DNA of 64,000 bases from Trichoplax adhaerens (taxonomy: Eukaryota; Animalia; Placozoa), in NCBI RefSeq assembly GCF_000150275.1, contig NW_002060947.1:6026286-6090285 (forward strand), read 5' to 3'. Below are positions 49,701 through 62,800 of the stretch, piece by piece. Every line of letters starts with the position of its first letter. Position 1 is the first letter of the stretch. A program made the position numbers and the translations under genes. The notes below the pieces were generated by a model. It had not been told where the DNA came from and made no database searches. It worked only from the letters and a program-made list of their open reading frames with translations.

Positions 49701-50975
49701 TATGATATTTAGATAAATAAATAAAAACTCGCATTGAATCCCTTTAAATCAACACAGATTACCTCCGTTGCCAGAAACCCAGCTAAAGATGTTCTTTGCA
49801 ACAAGGCCAATATCATCATCTGCATTGTCTGTCTTAATATCCTGCTCAGTTAAGACTAGTGCAACTATAATGCAAAATGACACATAAACATATTAGCTAA
49901 ATAATTAATTGCAGAAATTTTACTTTTTATATCATCTCATTTGAATATCATCTTCCATCTTACTAGATCTTAAGCAGTTCGTAAGTTCTGTCACTAATTC
50001 ATCAATGGGAGTAACAGATTGGCATTGCAAGTGGAGAATACATCTGTTAATAGTAGCGGATAACGAGCATCTCATAATCATAACATTTTTGAGAGGTAAT
50101 CCTGCATTACAGATTAAGATAAATTATGTTATATTCGTCCTCTATAAATTATAAGTATTATACATATAAGCACATACAACAGTTTCCATTTATAATTTAG
50201 CCCAATTTTGAACACATAACAGCATCTGAGCGGTATCATATTCAATAACTTACCTGAAATAATCTCTATTAGCTTCGATAGATCCTGTAATATATCAGTA
50301 GCATTTTGATCATCTTGACCTAAGAGAAAACTCTAGCCAAATGGAAAAAAATTGTCAAGAATCTTCATATCTAACCTGGCGTATTATTTCTTAATTCATT
50401 TAACCTTAATATTTTGCATCATTTACGATTGATACAAATCTTTGCATTGACGTCTTTGATTTTAACATCATAAGCTATGTCAACGTACGTACACTGTCCT
50501 TCAAATGGATATGATTTTAATACTATATAGGACAGCTAGTACTTCATTGTGTCTTGCTCAAAGATTATGTAGTGATTGTAATTAATCTACAATCACTCGT
50601 CTAGAGCAACTTCAAATTTCCTTTATAGCAAACCTGAGCTCTGCAAGCAAGTTTATTGTTCTGGACTTTAATTTCTTCAGAGTCAAATGTAGGGAAATGA
50701 ACTGATGAATGAGCAAATAAATGGGTTAGTAATTCTTATCGCTTTTTACATTGACAGTATAGAATAGGAAAAACGAAATTCCGATATAATAACGTCTTTA
50801 GCATCGAGAAGAGAATACACAAGTATGCATTGTAATACGAGAAAGTATACTTGCATCATTTGTTTTCAGCATGATATAGGAAGAACAGCTTACCCTCGTT
50901 TAATATTGCAAAACTGTCAGAGAACTTTCCTTGCTTATAATAATCCCATGCAAGTATTTGCTTCTTGTTATCCAT
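46705..50975 (-). CDS. Multi-exon TPR-repeat protein, probable Fanconi anemia group G (FANCG)-like
   Basis: Many small exons: DILQDLSKLIEIISGLP..SATINRCIL, APDISIIYRLAITSLLCNCQYDDALIICNYLVS, LLMKADALYHQKQFEEASQLF, ILNNIALIKINQGKLSDGLKLLQDS, NREAAYNCTILLFMLERQRDACFSW. The order and motifs resemble vertebrate FANCG (GLP..LTV..N; DALTLCEELLS; GNRDTYFHL..LDRRDEATALW). Start and some exon joins are uncertain. Confidence 0.62.
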
Positions 50976-51323
50976 TTCCTTTAAAGTTTAAATTTCGATT
51001 AGTTCCACGATTAAGCCATGCAATATTTTGTTTTCCGTCCCGTAAAACTAGCTCGATAAATTCTCTCTAAAATTGCTCACTTCTTCTTTTGCATGATCTG
51101 CAGAGAATCAAACAAACTGTCCCTGATCCAAGCCTTAAGACCCTTTCTATCTAACTCACAGCTATAATACTAGCACGTAGCTCACTTAATAGCTATTTAA
51201 AAACAGACTCCAAAATTTAGTCCTACTAAACGAAAACTATAGTAACTTTTCCACTATTTCCATTAGGACACCGATCTGCAAACCTTCCTAAGGATAGCAG
51301 AGTAGCTCGGCTCGAGTACTCTA

Positions 51324-51337
51324 GTTGCTATGATAAC
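51324..51337. promoter_or_regulatory. RFX X-box in the FANCG-like/LSM10 divergent promoter
   Basis: GTTGCTATGATAAC matches the consensus GTHNYYATRRNAAC exactly. Confidence 0.55.
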
Positions 51338-51754
51338 GCTAGATGGGCGGACAGACAGTTTACAGCAATCTACTGTAAAACATAGACACTCCGAACATAG
51401 AAATAGACAGTCCATAGTAGAGTACAGTATGGAAAATTTCTAATACAAAGTAGTAAAATAGAAGGTACGTTAGCGTAGCAAGTCTAGTCAGAAATACCAG
51501 CAGTTGAACTGGAAGACGAGCTTGCCGAGGTCTCCATCAGCATTTAGTTTGTTGCTTTCAATTCTGGATGGTAAACGAAGATTATTTTGATTGGCATCAT
51601 AGGTTTGTATAGCACTGTATTATGCATTGATATGATCAATCTCGTTAACGATATTATTGTGGTCAATTTGTGGAATGTTCTTAGAGTTTAGTGTATGCTG
51701 TAAAGCTTCCTAATCGCTATTGCTTCGACTACAGCATGCGAGTAAATACGAGCT

Positions 51755-52302
51755 CGTTAAGCAACGCTGCTAAGAAGGTCTTGTAGCTTTTTGCATATGC
51801 TTCAATAGTACTTACTCTATTATTTGAAAATGAGTGTGGAATATCACCTAGTGCATCAGTAGGCAAGATATAAGAATGTATGCTAGCTGTTACTGTCTCA
51901 TTTACTACTGTATCTATTCCGCTTTGGCTTCCAATTAGCGTTAAGCAACGCTGCTAAGAAGGTCTTGTAGCTTTTTGCATATGCTTCAATAGTACTTACT
52001 CTATTATTTGAAAATGAGTGTGGAATATCACCTAATGCATCAGTAGGCAAGATATAAGAATGTATGCTAGCTACTACTGTCTCATGTACTACTGTATCTA
52101 TTCCGCTTTGGCTTCCAATTAGCGTTAAGCAACGCTGCTAAGAAGGTCTTGTAGCTTTTTGCATATGCTTCAATAGTACTCTATTATTTGAAAATGAGTG
52201 TGGAATATCACCTAGTGCATCAGTAGGCAAGATATAAGAATGTATGCTAGCTGCTACTGTCTCATTTACTACTGTATCTATTCCACTTTGACCTCCAATT
52301 AG
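51755..52302. repeat. 184 bp tandem repeat, 3 near-identical copies, upstream of the LSM10 CDS (probable 5'UTR intron)
   Basis: 'cgttaagcaacgctgctaagaaggtcttgtagc...' at 51755, 51939 and 52123. The third copy has a small deletion. Confidence 0.96.
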
Positions 52303-52655
52303 AGCAGATCATCAACTACAGTAATTCGATTTTATTACAACTTCCTTCCTGCATGCAGAGACTTTGACAGTGGGCCGGTGTTCTCACACTTTCAAATTTC
52401 TATACTATATATGAGCAGCCTGGATAATTGCTGCAAGTAGATTGCTAATTCAATACTGTGTGATCATATATCATCATTGTTACTACTCAGATTCCTGCCG
52501 GTTTCGCCTTCAGCAAAGATTGTTCAGCCAATATTTTCTTTGGCGTAGCGCTTGGCAGCTGTTGCAACTAAAACGAATACAAGCATATTAATTTACACTG
52601 CTTTCTCAAACTTGAAATAATTACCTACATTTTATGGATTTACTTCAAGAAATTT

Positions 52656-53003
52656 ATGGATAAATCAAAGCAACAAGTATGGTTGTCCATACGCGAACAA
52701 AAATCATCAGAAAATACACTTTTATGCCTACTGCAAGGTTTACAAGGCGTTACAACAATCATTGAGCTAGTCAATGAGCAAAAAATTCATGGAAAAATTG
52801 ATTCAGTTGATGGTTATTCGAATGTCACTATGTCTGATGCTGATATTTTAACTTTAAATGGTAAAAGATTGCATTGTCCTATGATATTTATCCAAGGGAG
52901 AAAGATTCGTTACGCTCACATTCCGCCTCATATAGATATAAGCAAAACAATCAATAGATCACTTGGAAATTTAAGGCGAATGCGAGCCAACATCAGAAGA
53001 TAA
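52656..53003 (+). CDS. LSM10: U7 snRNA-associated Sm-like protein LSm10
   Basis: ENTLLCLLQGLQG.TTIIEL.NE..IHGKIDSVDG..NVTM and IFIQGRKIRYAHIP (Sm1/Sm2 motifs with the LSm10-specific N-terminus); single coding exon. Confidence 0.9.
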   Translation: MDKSKQQVWLSIREQKSSENTLLCLLQGLQGVTTIIELVNEQKIHGKIDSVDGYSNVTMSDADILTLNGKRLHCPMIFIQGRKIRYAHIPPHIDISKTINRSLGNLRRMRANIRR

Positions 53004-54274
53004 CACTACTCTCTAAGAACATCTCCTTTAAAGGTATTCAAAATCCTGATCCAGATTTTATGTTTAGGGTAATTATCATTCGATTATACAGTGTAGTGGA
53101 TCTACTAGAAGATACAACATAGACGTTTATAAAATTATTGGTAAATCGACGGAGAATAACCCGTAATAACTTGTAATTATAATTATAATCAAAGTAGATC
53201 CTTGAATTGTTATAAAGTGGAAATCTTGCATTTACCTATCACAAAAGTTTTTGAATCAGAAAGCAAGTAAAATCAATTGATTCACCCATTCTTTAGATTC
53301 TTTAACCTTTACATAGCTACCGCTGTAAATTGCTTTAGTAATCTATCAACAGGATGTTGTATAAGGCTATCAATGCACTACGAATGTGGAAACCACAAAA
53401 CACTAGTATGATTTGGCTCATGGTTGAACTACTGAATTATAATATTATACTATTTCATCCGTAATAACAAATTATGGCGTTCGTTAATATGTAAAGGAAA
53501 TATGCTACGTCCTTCAAATATTTTGCACATCAATATACTTCGTTTTGTACATATGTACATTTCTAATCGATTTAACTTTGTATAAATTTACTGTAACCTG
53601 ACCAGACATGTTATTCATGCAGAAATTGAATGTTTATGGACATGTTAGTGTCCTTACTTAGTCATGATTTATGATCAATGCTGCCTTTTTAATGTAGTTA
53701 GCAATAATTTAGCACCAATGATTTCATAACCTTTATTTCTGTAGATAAAAAGGTTGTATAGATTAATCAAAGACTTGATTTACTGTTGTTGCCATAATAA
53801 AATATTTTAATAGCCAAAGTTAATACCGGTATTAATCGCAAAGGATACATGCAAGGTAACAAAGGTTAGCTGCATCCTAAGCAATTCAATTGCATGACTA
53901 TAACTGAAGTTATTGTATCACATATCACTGACACATTCAGTTATAGTTTCGTTATAACCATAAGAATTAATTATTATGAACGTTTGAATTGATGAAATGA
54001 TTCACCAAAAGCGCAACAAATAGCTACTATTGCCATTGACATTAGTGTTCGACCATTTTCTATAGGCATACACCACATATATATACACATATCTGCCTGA
54101 TATTGTCCATAAAACTGTAACAATCATACCCAAAGTCGAATCATTTCTTCATTTAACTACTTCAGAAATGTAACATGTAGCATTAAATGCAAATATTTTG
54201 AATTTCTGCCCGCTTAACAAAAGAACATACAAGACTTGTTTTAACTAAAATTAATCATGTAATAAAAGTATCAT

Positions 54275-56953
54275 TTAAGATGTCCATGAAAGCTTGATAG
54301 GCTGTCGTTTTGGCATGGGACTAATTAACGGCGTTCCATCGTGTGGTTGAAAATATTCACGTCTTCGATGATAATCTACTTGAGGAGGATCCCATCCTTT
54401 GTCAATCAACTTATTTACTTGACTTGTATTTTTTTCTGTATTCATCCGTTTTCTTTAACCCAACAGTAAAAAATACCAAAAGTATGGATAAAGATCAGTA
54501 CTTTGAAAACATTTACCAAAACTACAATTTATTGGGCTCCGTACGTATATATATATAAGAAAAGAAAAAAGAATTTGTGCATTGAGTTATTACCTGCTTT
54601 GAGTCCGTATATTACTCGTGATATCATATAATTCCATTTTAATCCAATCACGACTATCATCTTGCCCACGCCCAAGAGGTACTAACGGGGATGAAGGTAA
54701 ACGATATTTAGCTAATTCCCTTGAAGAGCAACTCACACCAGTATCACATCTTCTAACAGTACGATCTTCAGCTGTTCTAGCCCTTTCTTGCAAAATTAGT
54801 GGATCGCGAATTGGTGCCGCCGATCTCTGTATCAGATTCAAGTAAGGGAAGAATTAGATGTTTGTATGGGTCCACATTTTATTGTAGTGCTAGCAAATAG
54901 GATACACGAAGACAGAAAGGCAATGCCAGTACTACTGTTTCATTTACCCTAGAGCCATGATATCGATTTCGTTGCAAGTGCACTGGATCATATTCTTCAG
55001 GTGAATAATCGTCTAACAATACTTTATACTAGATTGAGATTATACCAAATATAAGTAAATCATCAAGCTAACAAAGTGTAAAATGCCTATCTTCTTAGCT
55101 TAATTAGCATCTATTAGCGAAATGATATAAGATATCAATTTTAACTATTGATTAGATTGTATCCAAAAACAATCACATTATATTTGAAACTGCGATTAAA
55201 AATTTAAGAAAGCGCTTATGATTAATTGACAACCTTCCTATTTGTGTATTGAATATATTGATCGATAAGATGGCGCTTTTCCTTATTAATTTTATTATAA
55301 TCTTTCATAACGTCGTTTACGCGAATCTATCAGTTTTGAATAGATTAATAATTGAGATTTTTCAGTTGAACTCAATACAACATCTGAATACAATTCGACC
55401 CTTGTCTGTCTAAAAATGAATAATTCCGTAAAAAACGCATCATAGGTCACCTGTACAACATCATAAACATGCTCATTCCATTTTTTATTCAACATCCTCT
55501 TTTTTCGGTCATGTTTTTCATCCTCATATTCCACATATTGGTTAACACCCTAATTAGTGAAATTTTATTATCAATATGAAGACATAATTTAATGAAATAC
55601 AAATGCAAGTACTGTACTGTGTACGTGCACCTATAATCAAAAATAAGTTCATGTCATCCTGCATTGATCTCGATAATAATAATCATCCTTCTGTAATGAC
55701 TAACCTTGACGAAAGTATCTTCTACATTTTTTAAGCGTGAATAAAGTCGCCTTGCCTCAAGAGATTCATGATCTAGTCTTTCCTAAGAATTGTGAATATC
55801 AAAAAATAATCATCAATGCTGTGATTGGCAATTAATACTAAACAATACGCAGTATGGTCTACTATACACAAATAAATTTGAATAGTATAACCGGATGAGT
55901 CCACCTTTCTTTATGGCTCGATTATTATTATGAGTAGTACTTATAAAAGTGCTCGTTAAAATGTTAGCTACCTTTAATGAATCCTTACTAATCCAGCCCT
56001 GTTTTCTTAATTTATTAAGCGTATTAAATGATGCTGATGTAGCCGGTTTGGCCGGAGCTGATGAAGTGCGGTTTCTTTGCGCAAGCTTTCTATAAAACTG
56101 TTAAAAATTATTTAGGAATTAAATATAATTCGCTCTTAAAATATGAAAAAACAAAACTACGACATTGCCAGTGGCGCCTAACAGATAATAAAAGAACTGG
56201 CGGTTCTTTAACATATATATAAATGCTTCAATTTTAATCCTTTACGCTATAGTTAGGATGGATTCTATGTAGTTGGATGATCCTATAGTTATAATCAAGT
56301 GTCTTACCGAGGATCTTATTTCATCGTCACTGTTATTGAGTATATCTTTAGTGAACTGATCCGAAATAATAGTTAGATTATCTTTGTTACTCTTTTCGAA
56401 TGTCTTCTTCATATCCGAATGCAAAACCGTAGTAAAATAGAATGGAAATCTTATTGTTTCATTTATCCAGTGTAAAAATATCCTTAGGAGATAATAAGTT
56501 CGATTTTCTTTCCAATTTTACAGCACCAAGCCAAATAATGGCAGAATACAATTTCTTGTCTCGTCCTTACAAGGGATGATTATTATCTTCAATCTACTTG
56601 ATTATTTTGATTGTAACCTTACATTAATTGTAACTGTAGTTGAATTCTTTTTGTGTATTCTTTCGTGTGAAAATTTTAGAGCTATCTGAATCTTTCATAC
56701 AAACAACACCTAAGCGATAATCCTACTTAACTTATATAAAAGCATAAATAGCCATTTATCAAGCGAAGAGGCATAACCAACTAGAACAACAAATGTTAAA
56801 GGTAAAATTGAATCATGTATACAACTGCTAATCTTAAGAACTGACTACTTTAGCCTAGAGAAGTAGAACTGTATGCGACTACAGCAATTGTCGTTGTCTA
56901 TCGACTGTGTTTTCTTCTGTGGCTGTGCGATGATTATATCGTATGGAATCCAT
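54275..56953 (-). CDS. FAM228B: FAM228-family protein
   Basis: Exons encode EDTFVKGVNQYVEYEDEKHDRKKRMLNKKWNEHVYDVVQ, YIQYTNRKYKVLLDDYSPEEYDP and RDPLILQERARTAEDRTVRRCDTG, which are FAM228 hallmarks. The 5' and last exons are approximate. Confidence 0.75.
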
Positions 56954-57006
56954 AGCAACGCAACGCTATTAATTGGCATGCGCATTCAATTTGTTACCCA
57001 AGCAAC
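56946..57006. promoter_or_regulatory. Two RFX X-box-like sites in the FAM228/PFN4 divergent promoter
   Basis: GTTACCCAAGCAAC (56993-57006) fits GTNRCC(N0-3)RGYAAC. GAATCCATAGCAAC (56946-56959) has a perfect right half-site. Confidence 0.6.
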
Positions 57007-57771
57007 CGTAGGGCCCAAACCTCCTAATTTCCTCTTTTACTCCTCATAAAAATATTGCATTGCATGCAATCTGTGAATAGTGTTATAGCGAATACTACTG
57101 CCAATTTCGTTCAAAGTACAGTAGCTTGATAAATTTATGAGTGCGCAGCCTAAATTAACTGACAACAAGTAATTGTGATTATCTGTGAAACCGCTTGCCG
57201 TTTAAGAATTCAGTAATATCGTGGCTTGAGGATCTAGTTATACAAAAGCCGCAACCTTTCACGATTTCGAAAATCTATAGATACAATTTGAAGATTGAAG
57301 GTGCCATCGATAAATTATATCGATATCCAATTTTGATTACTTCAGTATAGAATTTTACCGATTAAAGTCTGCAACGAAACTGTTACCAATTGCAAGATAT
57401 TGAAGTATCGCAGCGCGAGCTTCCTATTTACCATACCAGAGCAACGGAAAAGATAGACGAATTGATCAACTTATACTGTCAGAGATTTACCCTTTGGCTA
57501 ACAAATCTGAAGTTTCTGTATCTTACTGATTCCCAGTCGGAAGATAATTAGAGCTTCCAATATAAATACTGAATATTTTTGTCAATATTGTGAATATTAT
57601 ATCATTGATTAGAAACCCAACTACATTAGCTTCTCTATTTAGCTAGCAGTGATACGAGTTCAGTGTCCTTGCAAGAGAACCTTATTTATTATCAATCAGA
57701 TCATTGATTGACATGTTATAGCTTAAGAACTTCTACTAAAGACGTATTTCGTACAAAGTGTCTAATTTAAT

Positions 57772-58580
57772 ATGAATCAGTTACATGAACTACTCGGTGA
57801 AGCACTATTATCAACAAAACATGTTCAACACTGCGCAATAATTCGAGTGAAAGATGCCTCCTTGAGAGCAAGTTCCGTTGGGTTAACGGTAAGTTGAAAG
57901 AAGTAAAATTAATTGCACTGTTGTATCAGTTTGCTAGTCTATTATATTTAATCATATGTACCACCCAAGGCTGAAAATGTTGCGTTTTCAGGAGTATCAA
58001 AGCATAGAGAATAAAAATCTAGTGTAATGACTGTTATTTTGATCTTTTTAGCTGGATAATGACCAGATAAATCGCTTCGTGATGGCCGTAAAAGACCCGG
58101 CTACTAGTCGTGAGGAAGGACTGATGTATGATGGAAAAAAGTACAAAGTAGTTCGAGCTGATAAGCAGTCCGTCTATGCAAAATATGTAAGTAAGGTTAC
58201 TTCTGAATGCCTTTAATTTGAATTCTTAGTTATAAGATAGTTAAAATATAGGAAAGGAACATGGAGACTTTAAAATCTTCATACTGACAGGCTTAGTTCA
58301 AAATATAAAAATTTTTGCATTACTTAATAAGGGTAAAGAGGGAATCATTATATCTATTACTGCCAATCTTATGATTTTATCGATCTATAACGATAGTATG
58401 CATTCAAGCATATGCGTAGAAGCCACCGAAAAGCTAGGTAAAATTGATAACATAACAATATTGAATGTTATAAGTTGTTTTCAGATTTTCAGATATAACT
58501 AAAATAGCTGTTACGTGGTGGTCACTGCTGTATACTTCTTTGTAATTTCAGGTGAATACTTTCGAGAGAAGGACAGATAA
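57772..58580 (+). CDS. PFN4: Profilin-4
   Basis: Exons 57772-57888, 58052-58186, 58332-58437 and 58552-58580 give MNQLHELLGEALLSTKHVQHCAIIR..SREEGLMYDGKKYKVVRADKQSVYAK..YNDSMHSSICVEATEKLGEYFREKDR. TKHV, VRAD and SICVEATE are PFN4-specific. Confidence 0.93.
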
Positions 58581-59811
58581 AGTTGTCATATGCGGTATAA
58601 TCAATATTATTACGGTACTCTGTATATAAGTTGACTAAATTCGGCTCACAGGCTAATAATTTCAGCAATAACACTACTAATATAATTGACGTTAATGTAA
58701 TTAACATTATATTTAATAAAGTTAACTTAATAAAACAACAAGTGAAGCAACTAATAGCTACTGAATTCTGTTATACTTGCAAGATCAGTGCGTTTACACA
58801 ATTCTCGTTCATAACAATTTTTATAATTGCCTGATCAATAAATTTATTTACTGTAGATTTGCACTCACAAATAAAATAATAGATACTGCTTCAAACTCTA
58901 TGATCAACACTTATATGATTACAGCATTGTTTTACGACTTGAGCGAATTTGAATCAAAACGATATTGTTGTCCATTGCATTTCCAAGATAGCTTAAATTT
59001 CAACAAATAGGGTAATGATCAAACATTTTACTATTTGTATATAAAAGTTGTTCATATCCATTTCCTGTAAAATTGTTTATCATAATTAATTAGAGTACAG
59101 TATGTTGATGAATGATGAAATTTGTACTGTTTACGTACCAATAACATTTTATACTTTTGCTGCCCTATTACTACCTCCTTGGCGTGTGACCTCAAATTAT
59201 GGAATAATGCATGAATGTATTAATACAGTATTGTATAAAAATGACTGCAATAAAGAGCTTCTAGGGACCCTCCGTAGTAGCTGCAGTATGTAACACATAA
59301 TATAAGATCACTAGATGATATAATTTACTATTACTATCCTGCAATAATGATTGATTCGATAGTTTGAGGAAATTTTTGTCTCTCAATTATTTAAATATAA
59401 TGAATTAATGATTGTCAGTAAAAAGGAGTACAGTACCCAGATAATGATGGAAAAATGATCTCTTTATTTTAAGCATTAACAGTGAGCTAATTTAGCAATT
59501 TAAAGCCTTAGTAATAATTAAAATTTCTGGTCATTAAAGATCATACATGATAATCACGATTGAACGGGCTGCATTTATATTAATAAACGTTGACATAAAG
59601 TTTAAGTAACTGAAAAATAAAGTTTAAAGCACATTCACAGTACATTTAGTCTGCAACAGTTGCTCTATCTAAATTGTTTCAAATTTAAGTGTGTACATTA
59701 CTAAAAGCTAAGGCAACAACAAATATCTAAACTAGTGCCATAGTAGAAATATGTAGTTAATAATCGTAGAATTAAGCTAATTACAGCTTAAAATTTATAC
59801 CTAGTTTTCAT

Positions 59812-62800
59812 TTATAGCCGTCCGTAATCATTATTTCGCCTTTTGTAGTAATAAACAATACCGTAGATGATAATGCACAGCCCTACGCCCAATGCAATAC
59901 CTCCAATGAAAGAACCACCATCAAAGCCTTTAGCACTGCTGCCAGAGTGAGTTGGAGTACTCTGGTTACCACTACTAGTGGGGTGCATGGAGGATACACT
60001 TACAGACATACTAGGATGTACGACAGTTGCAGATGGAGTTGGATTTGCAGATGATGCTGGCTGAGCATGAGACGACATCATTTGAGACGACATCATATCG
60101 GATGCCATCTTGGATGAAGTCATTACTGGAGAGTGATGCATCGTTGCTGATGTACTGCCCATTGGCATTGCGCTACCAGAAACGGTACCACTAGCAGCAA
60201 GATCAAAATCGTCCAATTCTTCAACGTTAACTAGGTCAATAAGTATAAAGATCGCAGAAATCCGTTACTTGCTGGGTAAAAAAGTAAATTTCGGTCGTAA
60301 TAATCATTCGAATACTGATGGCCTCTTAATTACAGGTTACAGAAAGGTATAATCAGGGACTAGAAAATGATACAATTAATTATAAAATTATGCGGAAATA
60401 CATAACTCATTTTGGGTATTTTATGGAAGGATTAATTTCCGGTGATAATTAATATACGCGTATATTTGTAAGTTTCAACGGGCATACAAAATTAAAGAAA
60501 TTTCATAATAATCTACGACACTTTGATAAAAGCGTCAATGTTGCTATTACTACCAGTACATCAAGCTACAGTATAACAGCATCCATTGTAACTTAATAAC
60601 GATGAGTCGCTCATATTTGTGATAGTTGTATTCTTATGATGCTATACGGAATAAACAATAGCAATCGGTCGATCAAGTACAAAATGTATCAGTTGACCAT
60701 AGTTTTAGTATATATATATTGTAAGCTTTGCATGCCAATAACAGTTAGAACTTTGGAAAATGATATAATACAATCCTTCATGTATCAATCTAATGCAGCA
60801 GATGTGTTGATACAAAGGCTGAGCTTTATGAAATACCTTAGATCGTATACGCGTATCTATCAATAGATGATATTGTTGTTATGCAAGGTATATCACATAC
60901 GTCACGCGATCGTAAATCACACCATAAACTATATCAAATGAAGCAACAAATACGCACAATATACAACAGTTTTTGTCAATCATATACAAGGATGTACTGT
61001 ATATAATATACCTTTTATTCACAAAGCTTTACTTACAGAGAATAATTGAAAATTGAGGAAAATACTGGATTACCGCATATTATTTATCTTTCAAGATGTC
61101 AAACTGTTGGATTATTGTATGATTGTAAAGTAAACCCCCAATTATACTGTATTACCAATACTGTACACCCACCTACACAATATACCGTCTGTAAGTACGC
61201 GAAGACATACAGTACAGAACAGCATATTGGAGTCTATAGTTGTACAGTGAAATTGATGTTATTGACTGCGAACAGTTGATTCTAAAATTATATAATTACT
61301 TATAAGTAATACAGTAGTTATCGATGAGTACTATACAATGGCATATATGGTTTTTCGTTGACTGTACAGAACATAATAACATTATGATAAAAAATAATAT
61401 TTTGCTTATACCATATGGGTCATTTAGCAGACAATGAATCAGTTATGATCGCATTTTCTAAGTTTTTGTCGAATATCATACCAAGATGAAAGATAATAAC
61501 ATGAAGTCTTTTGAAACACTAAAAAATACAGGATTTGCGTTCATCGTTTTATCAACATAGTACATACAGTACTGCAAAAAGCAAAAAGTAGAATTGTAAG
61601 TTCTTGAAACCGGAAATTGGAGGTGAAAACAATTATCTGTACTCTATTATATTGTGCACTTAGAAGCCGTTGACTGTATAAAAAAGGTCGTTAAATGCTT
61701 ACGCAATAGCGTCAGTTTCATCAATTCTCTCAACATATGCAGTACATTAGAGTTGTGCATAATTATATCATGAAAATTGACTACCATAATTAGTCGTAGT
61801 ACTGTAGATAGACAGTGAACGATTGCAAAGAGACAGCACATAAATGTATGTTAATGTAATCATTACGCGATAATAATTATATAATTAATTGATCGCATTG
61901 ATAATAGGCGCAACTACGCAGTATTTGCCATTCTAAGATCCTCAATACCACCACTTTAGAGGGAATTAACAAATAAAGACGTATACGTCAGCTTTAGTTG
62001 CCAATATTACAACGTATTTTGACCACATAAACCATTTGTACGAGCACTTTACGAGTTTACCGTCACTCGTCTACGTATATATGAAATTAAGGGTAAAAGC
62101 TATTAATTAACGCAGCGTACACAGTCAGTTTTATACAACAACACTATTCCACTGTCATGTAAAGCAACATTTCCACTTTTTTTTTTTTACAGTTACAATA
62201 CAGGATTATTGACTTGTAAGATGAAGTAAAGTCAATAAGTTCAGTTGAACTTATCAGGCACATATTGTGCAATGGACTTTATCCGAAGTTGTTACATATT
62301 TATTTGTAATTTTAAAAATTTATTATTGCAAAGTAATCGAAAATAAATGGGGGAGTTTTCTGCAAGAAAAATAATTTCTAAGAGCAATTTTTGGAAAAAG
62401 TTGGAGAATCACAGTTTACGCCGCGCAATATCATATAAGCTTTACTGCTCAGTCGTGTAAAGTATCTACGGTTCTTATTATTTAGTCTTCAATAGATGAA
62501 TCATAGCATTTGAAAATTGGGATTCACTGTTGGGAGTTTAATTTGCGTTGCATTTACGCCTAGTACTTGTTGTAATGTCAGTGATTTTCTACGTCGTAAT
62601 AACTGAACGGTATTTTAAGACAAAATTCAATTGTATTTCAAATGAGTACTGTACCGTTGAGAACGATTTAATAACGAAACTTGTTTGGCATCAACTAAGC
62701 CAAAAAAAAAATAGTAGCCGTCTAGGCATGGGGCAACTCAGCACGCGAGTGAGTGACTGGACGGTACTGGATATTGGTCGATCAGAGGAAGAGTGATTTT

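Noticed and set aside
60636-62796. Small ORFs in the CD164-like intron
   Set aside because: AT-rich chance ORFs with no motifs and no convincing splice sites.
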